From Thelocarpon superellum (taxonomy: Eukaryota), in NCBI GenBank assembly GCA_026025795.1, contig JAPEUG010000039.1:1-64000 (forward strand): 64,000 nt of DNA, given 5' to 3'. How positions within the stretch are numbered: position 1 is the stretch's first letter; each line of letters opens with the position of its first letter. The translations under genes and the position numbers were made by a program. Positions 35,137 through 47,637 of the stretch are shown here, piece after piece. The notes under the pieces are model-generated. The model was not told the DNA's origin and did not search any database. It was given only the letters and a program-made list of their open reading frames with translations.

Positions 35137-36400
35137 ATGGTGCCCGCGCTGGTGCGACGTTCCGTCCCCAAAGACCGTTTCTCAACCTTCTTCGCCTCGC
35201 AAAAGACCCAGACATACTATGACCCCGCCAGCCGGGGCCCAGGCTCTCACTCGTGAGACCTCCCTGCTCCCCCACACTCTCTCTTCGTTGACGATCAGAC
35301 TAAGTAAAGCGTGCTAGTATCCGGACGCTCGCGTGGAATCCCACGGGCCATCTGATCGCCACGGGGTCCGTGGACCGCACGCTCCGAATATGGAATCCGG
35401 AGCGGGCCAACGTGAAGAATTCGACGGAGCTGCGGGGCCATACCGGCGCGGTGCAATGCGTGGCGTGGAACCCGGTCAAGGAAGCCGAGCTGGCCAGCTG
35501 TAGCGCCGACGGCACCGTGCGGATCTGGGACGTGCGAAGTAAAGGGTGCGTGGGCGAGGTCAAGACGGGCGGGGAGGGCTTCACCTTGGCCTGGCATCCA
35601 GACGGGAGCATGTTGATGGTCGGGCGGAAGGTATGCTTCCCCTTCCTTCCTTCCTCCCGTTCTTCTCTCACCTCCCTCCCGCCATACTTCCAACGGCTTC
35701 CGCGAGGAGGGCCGCGGCTGACGAGTCGGCCCCGGGGGCCATCCTCGGACAGGACGACGCGCTCCTTCCCATCCGCTTCGGCAGCGACGGGCCGGCCCAA
35801 GCCTCCACTGCGCTCCCGCAGCCCGTGCAAACGAACCAAACGACCTTTACGCATTCGGGGAAGGAGCTGCTGCTCACGACGGGCCTCGGCACGATCGAGG
35901 TGCTGTCGTATCCGGACCTCAAGAATCTCCACACGCTCAACGCGCATACCTCGTCGTGTCTGAGCCTCGAGCTGTGTCCACGCGGCAAGTACCTCGCCAT
36001 CGGGGGCAGCGATGCGTTGGTGAGCCTCTGGGATACCTGGGAGTGGATCCCGCGGCACGGCTTGGCGGCCATGACGGGCCCCGTGCGGAGCGTCAGCTTC
36101 ACCTTCGATGGCGCGTACGTCTGTGGCGGTGGGGACGAGGGCTTGGGGATTGACGTGGTGAGTTGCGTTGCGTTGCGTTGCGTTGCGTTGCGTTCAGGTC
36201 TCACGACGACTCCCCTCCCTCCCTCGTCGACGATGCATCTACGCTGACCATGCATCTAGGCTCACGTCGACACGGGCGAATACGTCCACACCGTGCCGAC
36301 GGCCCACCCGGCGGCCTGCGTCGCTTGGCATCCCGCTCGGTACTGGCTCGCGTACTCGGGGGATCCGATGGGCTTGAAGATCGTGGGGGCCGGGTTGTAG
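35137..36400 (+). CDS. TEX1: WD40 protein, THO/TREX subunit Tex1/THOC3; introns 35253-35317, 35631-35752, 36158-36259
   Basis: IRTLAWNPTG..ATGSVDRTLRIWNPE, ELRGHTG, AHTSSCLSLELCPRGKYLAIGGSDALVSLWD, IDVAHVDTGE and VAWHPARYWLAYSG. Confidence 0.85.
36163..36194. repeat. (TTGCG)6 microsatellite in TEX1 intron 3
   Basis: Directly visible. Confidence 0.95.
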
Positions 36401-36715
36401 GAGAGAAGAGTTTGCTGATCATGCTCCTCCACCGGCGGGGCCTAGCCCTTCGCCGGCATGATCCCGTATCTAGATCCCATGTCCCATCCGATACCCTTCC
36501 TCATGTGCCCTTGTAACTACAGCATATATACTCCCATCCCAAATCCGTCCTGGTCCACGCGACCGGCCGCGAAGATCCGGGCAATCGCCGCAGGACCGAC
36601 CGCACAAGTCTCCCAAAGGAACGCCCGGTAACGAGTGGGAAATTACAGGCATCTCAGCGGCCGTAACGACTCCATTCAACATTTCCCCCCTTCACCGCAA
36701 CCCACGGCGTCACCG

Positions 36716-39619
36716 TCACTCGTGTGGCGGCTCGCCCGGCGGATTGCCTAGGGGTCCGCCCGTCTCCCAGCCCATGTTCATCTCCATCAGCTGCGAGAAC
36801 ATGCCGTCGTTGGATCCGGGCGTGAAGCCGGAACTGCCCATGTCCCAGGTGGCAGGCACGACAAAGGTCGAGGACCCAACGCCGGAGCTGATCGGGTTTG
36901 CGTGGTCAGACTCCTTGCCCGGGGTCGGGGGCAAGAAGGAGGGGGGCGAGACGCCATTCAAGCTGGCAAAGTCGTTCGCGTGCATGAACTGCGTGAGGTG
37001 AGACTGGCCGCGTGACGCTTGCGGCACCGCTTGCGCTTGCGTTTGTGCATTGGAGGGGAGGTCGTCGTAGTTGGGCGGGGTGTAGGAGCTCTGCCGCATC
37101 GTCGGCCCGCGCGTCGAGTGGCTGGAGGCGGCGGGCGAGGGCCGACCGACGTGATCGCCCCCGCTGCTGGTACTGGTGCTCGCGTCCGGCGTGAGGTCCA
37201 TGTCATAATTGACGGGCGAGGCCTCGGTGAAGATGGACCCTTGACTGAGGTAGACACTCTGACCCGGGGCGTACGGCTTGGCCGGGTCGGCGGCATGGGC
37301 TGGCCGCGAGCACGGCATCTTCTGCCGGCTGGGCAGGTCGACGCTGCTATCCGGCGTCGCAAATGAGTAGGGCCCCTCGGGATTCGGCGTTCGCTTGATG
37401 CCAACGTCCGCGTCGGGCACCCTCGAGGCGGACAAGGCCGCCTGGGCGGCTTTGGCCTGCGCCTGCGACGGTTGCACGATCGGCGTGCACTCGCTAGTAT
37501 CTCCATCGAAGACCCGCAACTGCTCAGGAGTTAGCGCGCACGAAGCACTCGTTCACGAGGATCGCTCCGGTGGGGGATCCAGATGCCAACTTACAGTGGC
37601 TCGCTTGTAGGCCGAGAACTTGCTGTACTGGTGCCGGATCTCGATACCGGTGCCCTCGAGCTCCACCTCGAGCTGGACGAGGAACGATTCGGTGAGGGGA
37701 TTCTTTCGCGTCAAGGCCTGCATGGCGTTGAGGAGGAACTGCAGCGACGCCCGGGCTTGCTCGTCTTCCGGCCGCGTCTTGAGGAATTGGATGAAGACGC
37801 GGGCGGAGACGTAGAGACAGAAGGAGATGAAGGGATTCATGGCGGAGAGGTCGAGGTGGCTGACCGTGCGCATGGTGCTGGCGATCTCGGCGGCGGCGGC
37901 GACGCAGCGCACCTTGCTCTCGGTGCTGACGCTCCCGGGCAAACGATTCTTGTTCGCCTTGAAGATGGCGGCCTGGTGCAGGCAGATGGTGGAGGCGTGG
38001 ATGTTCATGTTCAGGAAGACGATGTTGGTGTCGTTGATGCCGGCAGGCAGCTTGAGGTGATTGGGTAAGGAGAGGGTGGTATTCGCCAGGATGGCATCCA
38101 TGCGTCGATGTCGTCGCCAGAACTCGCCGTTGAGATCGTCCTCGTTGTCGTTCGGGTCGGGCCGGTGCAGGTGGATGAGGTTGAGCCCGAAGAGGCTGGC
38201 CATGAGCACGACGGCGGCAAAGCTGGACAGCGAGGTGGCGCCCGAGGCGGTCATGGCCTGCTTGAGCGACACGGTCGTCTCCGTCTGGCTCTTGTCAAAG
38301 GCTTCATCTGACGCCGGCAGGTTGGTCATGATGTCACTCTCGTCGATGGTGACGGGCCAGCCCGTGCCGATGCTCGCGTAGCGGTCTTCGCAAAAGGCGA
38401 GCCAGAAGGTGCGCCGTCGCTCCTCCCGTTCCGTCCAGTCGCGGGGCGGGGCGATGCACTGCTTGACGTCCAGGCCGACGCCGTCGAGGCGGTGCAGGCC
38501 CATCATCTGCGCGAGGCGCACCCCGCGACCGGTGCTCAGCCAAGCACGGGGAAAGTACATCTGCTTGAACTCGTACGTGGAGATGAGCGTCCAGGTCTGG
38601 GAATGAGCGATGGTGATGACGCTCTCGCCGTGGCCCCTCATCTCGTCGGCCTCGATGTACTTGCGCGAACGCTGGTAGAAATGGTGCTGGAGCCCGAGGT
38701 ACTTGTCCGTCACCGAGGCCGCGAGACACCACATGATGTAGCGCAGGCACACCGGCGGCCGCATGTAGGGCGAGAGGTTCATGGCGGCGTAGAAGCGACG
38801 GCGGTGAATCATGGGGACGGAGGGGTGGATCTGGTCGAAATAAATTTGAAACCTGCGGCCGCGTCAGCGTCAGCGTCAGCGCATGCGTCCACACGGATCC
38901 TCATCGAGCGCACGCACAGCTCGTCCGTCACGTCTTGTGCGGGCAACGGCTCGTCGATGCCCAGGCCAATCATCTCCCAGGTGAAGGTGGTCTCATCGGG
39001 CATCGCCGAGGGCATCGGCATGGCGTCGAGGCCGGGCTGGGTGGTGGCGGCAAAGGCGTCGTGTCCGGCCATCAGGTCGGGCACGGCCTCGTTCGCCGCC
39101 AGGGTGAATTGCATCGACGTACTCGTGTCGTCGAAGCCGGTGCCGGACAGCATCGAGGTCTGCGCGGACTCCAGAAAGGCCGTGCCCGACTCGTCCTGTG
39201 GGGCATCTTGCGGATCCTGGGTCTTCAACAGCGTCTCGACCTGGGCTGCGTGACGATGATCATTAGCCGTGATCGCGGGCGCTGTCTCCGCCGCTCGGCA
39301 GGCACGTACCCAGGCGCGCTTCGAGCTGCTTCACATAGCCCCGCTTGGGGCCACTCTTCCGGCGCACTTCATCGTAGGCACATTCGTGGCCGAGGCGGGC
39401 GCAGGTGCCACAGCTCGGCTTGGAGCCATCGCAGCGCAGTTTGCGCTTGCGGCAGACGACGCAGGCGATGCGCTTGGGTCGGGGCACGGCATCGGGGCTG
39501 TCGGTGAAATGGCCCAGGCCGGTCTGGCTGTCGGACGAGTGGGTGCCGTTGGAGATGTTCCGACTCAAGTCGTTGAAGTAACCATCCTCCGGACTGGACT
39601 GGTGGGTGACAGCCGCCAT
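36716..39619 (-). CDS. Zn(II)2Cys6 transcription factor with fungal-specific TF domain; introns 39246-39309, 38853-38917, 37520-37594
   Basis: ACVVCRKRKLRCDGSKPSCGTCARLGHECAY, YVKQLEARL, AWLSTGRGVRLAQMMGLHRLD and EERRRTFWLAFCEDR. Confidence 0.93.
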
Positions 39620-41414
39620 AGTGCGCGACCGACGGGCGTGGACCGGTCAGGAAAAGTCCCGGTCGCGATGGGATGGAATGAATGGTCGCAAGGTCGGATA
39701 TGTATCGCCCCGACCCCATGCACTTCCACTGGCGTCGGGTGGTGAGGTGTGACCGACGCGGGCGGATTGAGCAACGCCACCAGCGTGCGAGACGTTGCCG
39801 CCAACTGCTTACGGGCGACGGGCAAACGGTCACGGCTTGCCACTGCCACGGTGCTGGATGTGCGAGGTCAGGGCGGGAGGAGGGCGTGGGCACGAGTCAG
39901 TTGGGCCCGACGAGGGAGTAAAGAAGCCCATGCCCTCCGTCCATTAGGTTCACGTTCGTGCGAGTCCACCGACTACTAGTCTGTAGCCACCATGCGCAGA
40001 CCACCCTTACGACAGCCCTGCGCATGGCGTCGACGAGCTTAAAGTACCGAAGCCACCGCCCGGTCCTTGTCGGTGGCATCGAGCCATCTCCAGCTACGAA
40101 AGTCCAAAGTACCGTTGTACCATACTATGGTACTTACTTTACGAGGCATGGACGCCGCCTTCCACTTTGCCGGTGCTGGGCTCGAACAACGTGTTCAGCC
40201 TGCAGTGAGCTCCAGGGCATGATGGCGATCGAGCGACGGGTCGTCCGAGGGGCTGGGGCAGGCGTGGAAGAGGCACGTCGTCAAGCGTGGGACGAGTACT
40301 CGTAGTGCGAAGGTTCCGCCAGCTGATTTACTTGACCGTTTGCACGGGTCCACGCACGGGGAGACGACATGCGCCATCCCAAGCACGCCGGAAGTCAGAT
40401 TGGTCTGACATACTCCTGACCCGAATTTCTACCATGCAACCCAGCTCATAAGACGGGGTGATTGGCTGGGGGACGGGGTCCAGATACCCGCGTCGCCCCT
40501 AGGCCGGTCCCACCTGTGCTGATGTTCGTCGCTGAGAGGGAAAAGCGCGGCGTCTTGGGATTGGCGGGACGGGAAACGCTCGCATGCCGGAGCTCACGGT
40601 CCAAGTGCGAACGCGACGGCGTTCCCCGTCACCTAGCTGTGCGCACTGTTCTACATTTGATCCAGTGGTTCAGCGGCGTACTCGCAAGCATAGGAACCTG
40701 CCTCTTCATTTGAATGGTTCTACCGCTTGCAGTAGGTAGGAAGTTCCGTCGTACGTTATTGCACTATGCTCCGTCATGGTGGCATACCGTATCCCGTGTA
40801 AGCGGTGCTTCGACTTCATCCGCATCATGGCTTCAGCTGGAGCTCGATGACCAACGAAGATGACCGCAAGGTATCATGCTGGATAGAGGCGTCGAGGCGT
40901 TGCATGTTTCTCGACGGGCCATCAAATTGCGCTGGCGGTCTGGGGAACGATGGGAGCTGCAGGTGGGGGCGAGACCCGCCAAGTCGGTCCAATGTTCCCC
41001 CGAATGATGACGAGGCGATGGTAGCCTATTGGGCGTGAATGACAAAGGACGGCCACCACCACCTGAGGCGCCCAACTATGGTAACCACCAGCGTCTTGCA
41101 TGCGCGCGGGACGAGCGACGCCTTAGCTTCCGCCTAAGTGATTACTCGTACCTTCGCACGTCGAGCATGAATAAGGTAGTACCTTCAAGCTGAGTCGGAT
41201 CTTACGAATAGTCGTATGGTCAAACGTCGGTACATTTCGAGAAGACATCTTTAGCTCACCTCATCCATGGTACCAGGGGGCGATTGCAGCGGGCAGGAGA
41301 TTGAGAGACGAGCAGGAAGAAGAAAGCACATGTAATTGGTCGCTCCGTATGTACTTCCCACAGATGGGTCATCTATCGACACTAGCGTGAGATGCGGTGG
41401 TCGAGCCGGTCCTG

Positions 41415-42658
41415 CTATTGTTTGTTCCTTCGGCGACCTTGATTTCGAGCCCGCGGCTGCACCACCCATCGATTGGGATGCTTCCGTTTGCGCGTCTTGT
41501 AACCGGATTTCGTCTGCCGAGAGTCCGGGTCAGGCTTGGCCGTAGGCGGCGTTCGATCATGGAAGGCACACTCACGGGGACGCCCCAGGGGCTGACGGGA
41601 TGGACATTGCCCTTGGATTTGCCTCGGCCTCCACCATGAGGGTGGTCGGCTGGAGCGGGGAACAATCAGGGCCGGACCAGCCTTGGGGCGGGGTGTCACT
41701 CACCGGCATTCATGGCCACACCACGTACCGTGGGCCTGATATTCAGCCATCGACTCCGCCCGGCCTTGCCAAGTTGGCGATGCTGATGATCGGCGTTGCT
41801 GGCGACACCGACGGTGGCGCAGGCATCACGACTGACCTTGCGCACCTCGCCGCTCCGCAAGCGCACGGTGACGTAGCGGCCGACGGCGCCGTCGGGGCCG
41901 TCGTCCTTGGCCACGACGGTGGCAAAGGTGCCGGCGCTGCGGCAGAAGACGGCGCCACGCTCCTTGGAGGAGCCGACGTTGAAGACCAGAGTGCCTATGG
42001 GAACCATGTGCAAGGGAAGGCAGTTGCCCCGCCAGGCGGTGCGCGCGGCCAAGACACCGGGGTCGACGGCGCCGCCCATGCTGTCCATCAGGTCCTGAGG
42101 GATGCCGGCCCGATAGCTCTCTACCGCGTCGCCCGCCCTCATACCTTCGGCCGCAACGATATAGCTCTTCCGATCGGTGCCCTCGTGCGAGAGCAAGGCG
42201 ATGTGGGCGCTCCGGCCGGGATCGTGCTCGATGCGTTCCACCACGTGTTTCCCCGGGGTGGTGCGGGCGAAGTCGACGGTGCGGATGCGTCGTTTGTGGC
42301 CGCCGCCCCGATGTCGCACCGTCACCCGGCCCGTATTGTTCCTGCCGCCCTTACCTTGGCCCTTCTTGGCCCAGGTCAGCGGGAGAAAGGGCCGGCCTTT
42401 CCAGAGGTGGTCATTGATGGGTCGGCGAAGATGGCGCACGCCGGGGGTCCGGGGTTTGTAGGTCCGCAGGGCAAAGGTCCCCCGCTCATCCCGCACCGGT
42501 GGGGGCAGGATGACAGAAGTGGCTGGCAGACCGCTCTCGACTGGGTCTGGGGGTGGAGGTTCGATCACGGTGGCGTACAGACGTTGGAAGAGGTTGCGGG
42601 ACAGGGGACAATGGCAGCGGAGCGATGTGGACCGCTGCCAGATCCTTGGCTGCAACAT
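41415..42658 (-). CDS. RML2: Mitochondrial ribosomal protein uL2m; introns 41650-41703, 41514-41575
   Basis: [55 protein letters not shown](A)DHPHGGG and an N-terminal presequence. Confidence 0.95.
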
Positions 42659-43833
42659 CTTTTCACGACATCAAAAGATCGTAAGTAGCGTGGAACGGGC
42701 GTGCAACATGCACGGATGCGAGGCGGTGCGCTTCAATGGTCGTCCGAGCTGTCCGGTGCTGGTACGTGGTACCGATTCGGAATGGTAATGGAAAAGTTCA
42801 CGCTCGCATCAGGACCAATGAGCTGGCTGTTGAAGTCGCGTCCCACCAGCCACAGCGCCTGTTGTTGTAGCGACCACGCCTGCACTGCCACATGTTGATG
42901 GAACTGGACTGGCCACGCGTGACCGTGCGCTGAGGCGGCCAACCACCGAGACAAAGGGAATTTCGTGACAACAAAGTAACATGGGAAATTCAATGATCAC
43001 TGCATCAGACCAGAGCCAGACCATCTCCTGGGTCCACGGTTGACGTGGGGTACGGGATTTTGCCATCGTGGCCGCACACGGTCGCGGGCGAGGTGTCGGG
43101 GCGTGGCGAACAATTCGCGCTAGAGGGTGACCCGCATTCCAAACAAGCAGCTCGCAGCACCACGGCTGAGGCGACGTGCTGCCACTACCGACATCCACCA
43201 CACCGCAGTCCACACTCCACGCACCACGCACCTCGCACCACTCGAGTACTCCCGCTGTGTGTACACGACCACGACTACTACTCGTACTCGTTCTCGTGTG
43301 TCCCCAGACTCCGCGGCCGCCCTCATCAACCGTGCCTCCTCTTCTCCGCTCTCCCCCCTCCTCCCCGTCTCGTATCTTCCGTTGCTCCCGACTCCCTGCT
43401 CCCACACCGGATCGCACCCTCAGCCGGTTCGATCCTCGTGTAGAGGGTGTCCCAAGCCATTCGACTCGCACCCTCGCGTGTCGTCTCGACCACTGCTTCA
43501 TCGAGCCTCAGGCGTGCACAAGATGCAGTCGAGTTGACCAATCATTCTACATTCGGCCTCTCAATTGAGCGGGTGACTGTTGAGCCATTCCACCGGCTTG
43601 CCCTCCGGAGACGAGCTGGATTCACTCGAGGTAAATACGCTGCATCGCCCACGCACTATGAAGTTCGCGGCGACTAAGTATCACCTACCCAACAGTCGTG
43701 ACGGTCAACAATAACAAATCGTCCTCACCGTCTCACCTCCACACCAACCATTGCACCACCACGATCCATCTCCCTTCCAGTGCAGTGATCCGTAACGCAA
43801 CCTCGTCCGCGTCTCACGACCCCGACCGTCATC

Positions 43834-45484
43834 ATGCCTCCTGTAAGTGTGCTGACGCGACCGAGCGGGTTCAATGCCCATGGCTAACCCCTCTCCGCAC
43901 CGTGCAGGCTCGACCTGGACGAGTCCGGATGGCGACGAACGAGAACGATGAGAATAGTGCATCAACGAGACTCACGCGGGCCAAGGCGGCCGCACTGGCG
44001 ACCGACGATGTCACCGGCGGGGCCATGAAGAAGGCGCTCCAGTCCAAGAAGTCATCAACCAACGCCGTCCAGGCCCATGCGGCCCCGCTCCAACGAAAGC
44101 GTGCCGCTTTGGGCGACGTCAGCAACGTGACCAAAGGCGAAGTGGAGAGCAAAGACGCGAAAAAGGCCTTGGGTGGTGCCAAGCTGGGGCTAGTGTCCAA
44201 GGCCACGCAGAACGCCGGGGTGCACAAACCGTCGCGGACCAGCTCCAATCGTTCCATCCTTGGCAGCAAAGACAACAACAAACGCGGCACCACGGCCGAC
44301 CTGAAGCGACCGGCGAGTGGGTCGGGTGTGATGGGCGGCGTGCCTAAGAAGCGACACACCAGCTCGAGCGGGAGCCAACCATCCATCAAGGAAGACGACG
44401 CGACCGCGGCCGCCGCCGGTGTGGACGAGACGGAAGCTGCGCGCAAGTTCGCCAGCGTGCCCAAGAAAGTCGGCACGGTGGAGGCGAGCGTGGACGTCGA
44501 GGACGAGGTGGGGCTCGAGGATGAGGAAGTGAAGAACCTCGACCTGGAAGATGTTGACGACCCGCTCATGGTGGCGGAGTATGTGGTGGACATCTTCGAG
44601 TACCTCAAGGTGCTGGAAGAAGCGACGATGCCCAACCCGGACTACATGGACCATCAAGAGGATCTGGAATGGAAGATGCGCGGCATCCTGGTGGATTGGC
44701 TGATCGAAGTGCACACGCGCTTCCACCTGCTGCCGGAGACGCTCTTCTTGGCCGTCAACATCATCGACCGCTTCCTGTCGAGCAAGGTGGTGCCGCTGGA
44801 GCGTCTGCAGCTGGTCGGGGTCACGGCCATGTTCATCGCGTCCAAGTACGAGGAAGTGCTGTCGCCGCACGTGGCCAACTTCCGCCATGTGGCCGACGAT
44901 GGCTTCACCGAGGACGAGATCCTCAGCGCCGAGCGCTACGTGCTGGCGGCCCTGAACTACGACCTCAGCTACCCGAACCCGATGAACTTCCTCCGCCGCA
45001 TCTCCAAGGCCGACAATTACGACATTCAGACGCGGACGCTGGGCAAGTACCTGATGGAGATCAGCCTGCTAGATTACCGCTTCATGAAGTTCCAGCCGAG
45101 CCATGTGGCGGCGTCGTCCATGTACTTGGCCCGGATGATTCTCGATCGTGGCGAATGGGTACGTCGGACGTTCTCATGGGTAGTGACGCGGCTGACCATG
45201 ACAGGATGCCACGCTCAGCCACTACGCCGGCTATACGCCCATGGAGATTGAGCCGGTATTCCAACTCATGATTGACTACCTGGCCAAGCCCGTGGCACAC
45301 GAAGCCTTCTTCAAGAAATACGCCAGCAAGAAGTTCCTCAAGGGTGAGTGACGAGCCACGAGCCACGAGCTCTGCGACAAGGTGATGATCTCACGCTGAC
45401 ACGTGCATAGCGTCGATCCTGACACGCCAATGGGCCAAGAAGCACGTGTCGCAAAATCTCAACACGGCCAAGGTCCCACAATAA
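43834..45484 (+). CDS. nimE: G2/mitotic B-type cyclin (NimE/Cdc13/Clb2-like); exons 43834-43842, 43908-45158, 45205-45343, 45411-45484
   Basis: D-box RAALGDVSN, cyclin box MRGILVDWL..LQLVGVTAMFIASKYEE and C-terminal FFKKYASKKFLKAS. Confidence 0.95.
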
Positions 45485-46389
45485 TCGGGCCCTGGAGGGA
45501 TCGGGTGCGGGGAGGGGAGGCTTTAGGATAATGACCTGGAATGACGACACACCTGGACTGCTGGACTGGTGAATTGTGGTGCACTTGACCGCGGTGGGGT
45601 GGACCTTGCTCTCCGATGCTTCACTGCACTGCAATTCACCCTGCACCTTTGCATGGACATGGAACATGGAATAGGGCACATACCTCTGCCTTGCCTCGCC
45701 CTTCCCCATCTGACGATGTGCCGATTCATCGGGTTGGGTGTTCTCGCCATGATTGAATAGATGCGTCGATGTGGGTGGGACGGGGAAGTGGAAGATTGGA
45801 CGACGGGGCGATCGGAGAGGTGCGGGAGCTGGGGGGATGAAGAGGGGCGGAGGAATGTCGGAGCAAAGGTCGGACCGGTCATCTGGATGGTTGGACCGAT
45901 ACTTCTTTTTCTTCCACGTCCCCTCAATCACCTCTTCCCACCTTCCCACTCTCCTACCTTCCCGCTTCTCCCCATCTTTGACCACTTTCACCTATGCGCC
46001 CTTTCCTTCTCGACTACATTCCGCTACAGATCGAGATATTTCTTTTCTTTTTTGTCTTCTTCCATTCGTGGGGCTTGGCGAACGGACGGGAGCAAAACCG
46101 AGTGAAGCGCACCTGAGCTCGAGCTTGAGCCTCAACTTGAGCTTGAGCTTGAGAATGAGCATGAGCAGCATCGAGCACGACGACGAAGAAGGAGAGGGAG
46201 GAGAACAAGAAGGGGAGTAGATGCATAGCTCAGACTCTACAATTGCATTATTACATACACGGGTACACGTATACGGGAGTGAGAGTGAAGACGTGCGTTG
46301 CAGCAGCGAGGAAAGGAAACTTCAGGTGCGTGGGTAGAGTGTGCTTAGTAAAGGGGAGGGATGTGGAGGATGAAGCACGAAGGAGATAT

Positions 46390-47298
46390 TCACAAACGAC
46401 CCTTGGGAAAATGAGGCGTGATAGGGTTGACGAGAGGAGTACGAGGGGGATTGGCCCGATCGGCACGACCAAGCCAGTCAACGGCGCGTCTCAGGTCCGT
46501 CACCATGGCCTGGCCTTCGTCGTCGTCGAGATCAGTCATGCGTGGTCCTTTGCCGAATATGACCGTGCTTCTGCTCTCTTGCCTTTTCTCTTTCGCTCCT
46601 CGGTCTCCTCCTGCTCTTCTCGTAGGGTTTATGTGTGCAGTGGTGGTCTCTGTCTCTGTCTCTGTCGAAGGAGACGGAAAAGGAGAAGGAGAAGGGAAAG
46701 AAAGGCGAGGAATGATGTGGAAATGAACATGCGGTATTGTCTGTGCTGCTGACGGACCTGTTCTCTCTCCTCCTCGTTAGCTGGTCTCGATCACCAAGTA
46801 CAACCAGGTTGGGTCTCGACAGCTTGGGAGAAAGTACGGGGAGAGGAGAGTGGAAGAGAGGAGTCGAAGTCAACGAGTGACGGAGAGAGAGAGAGAAAGA
46901 AGGAGGGGGGACGTACCGTTATTCTGCACGACATTGTAATCCACCCGCCCTCCTCCACCTCCTCCTTCACCTCTTCCGCCCGCATCTTCATTCGATTGTA
47001 CAGTCAACTCCAGCGCGGCACAAAGCAACGTCAGTTCGGCGCCCAGGTCCGCCGCCACGTGCGACGGCAACATCGACATCTTCTCCACGTGCAGGCGCGG
47101 GACGAGGAGGATGTGGTAAGGCGCCAGTGGCATGATGTCTAGGAATGCGAGCGTGGAGGGCGTAGAGTGGATGATGCGTGTTTGTGGCTGTACTTCGGGA
47201 GGAACAGATGGAGATGTGAAGGGCGGAACTTCTTCGCATATTTTGCAAAAGGGGCATGAGACTCCGGAAGCTTCTACTGGAGGGTGTGAAGGTGGCAT
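46390..47298 (-). CDS. HIT-family nucleotide hydrolase; intron 46758-46916
   Basis: CPFCKI, LAFLDIMPL..HILLVPR.H and YNVVQNNG|PSAAQTIPHVHFHIIPR (the histidine triad is in exon 2). Confidence 0.88.
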
Positions 47299-47637
47299 TG
47301 TATGATGTAAACGAAGTACTCTTGAGAACGGTTGGTGAGAGCTATGGGGAGAATGAGAGTGGGAAAGAGGGCCAATATGGATCGACGCGGAGCTGGTGTA
47401 CTTCCATCAGAGCTTCGCAGGCCAGACAGCGAGATATGTGGAGCTGCATAGTGATGGTGGGGCAGGGTGTTTGGGGGGCGGAGGGGAGAGTGGGGAGGTT
47501 CGTATCTGCTGCCTCACAGCCGAGGTTCATGCTCTCCAATACTTCACCACCGTCTAAATCTACACCTCTCGACATCACATCGCTTCATCAACACTCACGC
47601 GAGCAATCTCTTCATATCTACATCTTGATCACATCTC

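Noticed and set aside
41004..41066. ATGATGA...CTGA possible C/D snoRNA
   Set aside because: Short, with no terminal stem or flanking intron. It has only 8-9 nt of low-complexity rRNA complementarity.
41600..42688. Long antisense ORFs (for example 362 aa opposite uL2m; similar ones opposite RAD51, DNA2 and TEX1)
   Set aside because: Shadow ORFs caused by GC-rich codon bias on the true coding strand.
43426..43435. B-box-like GGTTCGATCC
   Set aside because: No T-stem pairing or upstream A box. It lies in the cyclin leader region.
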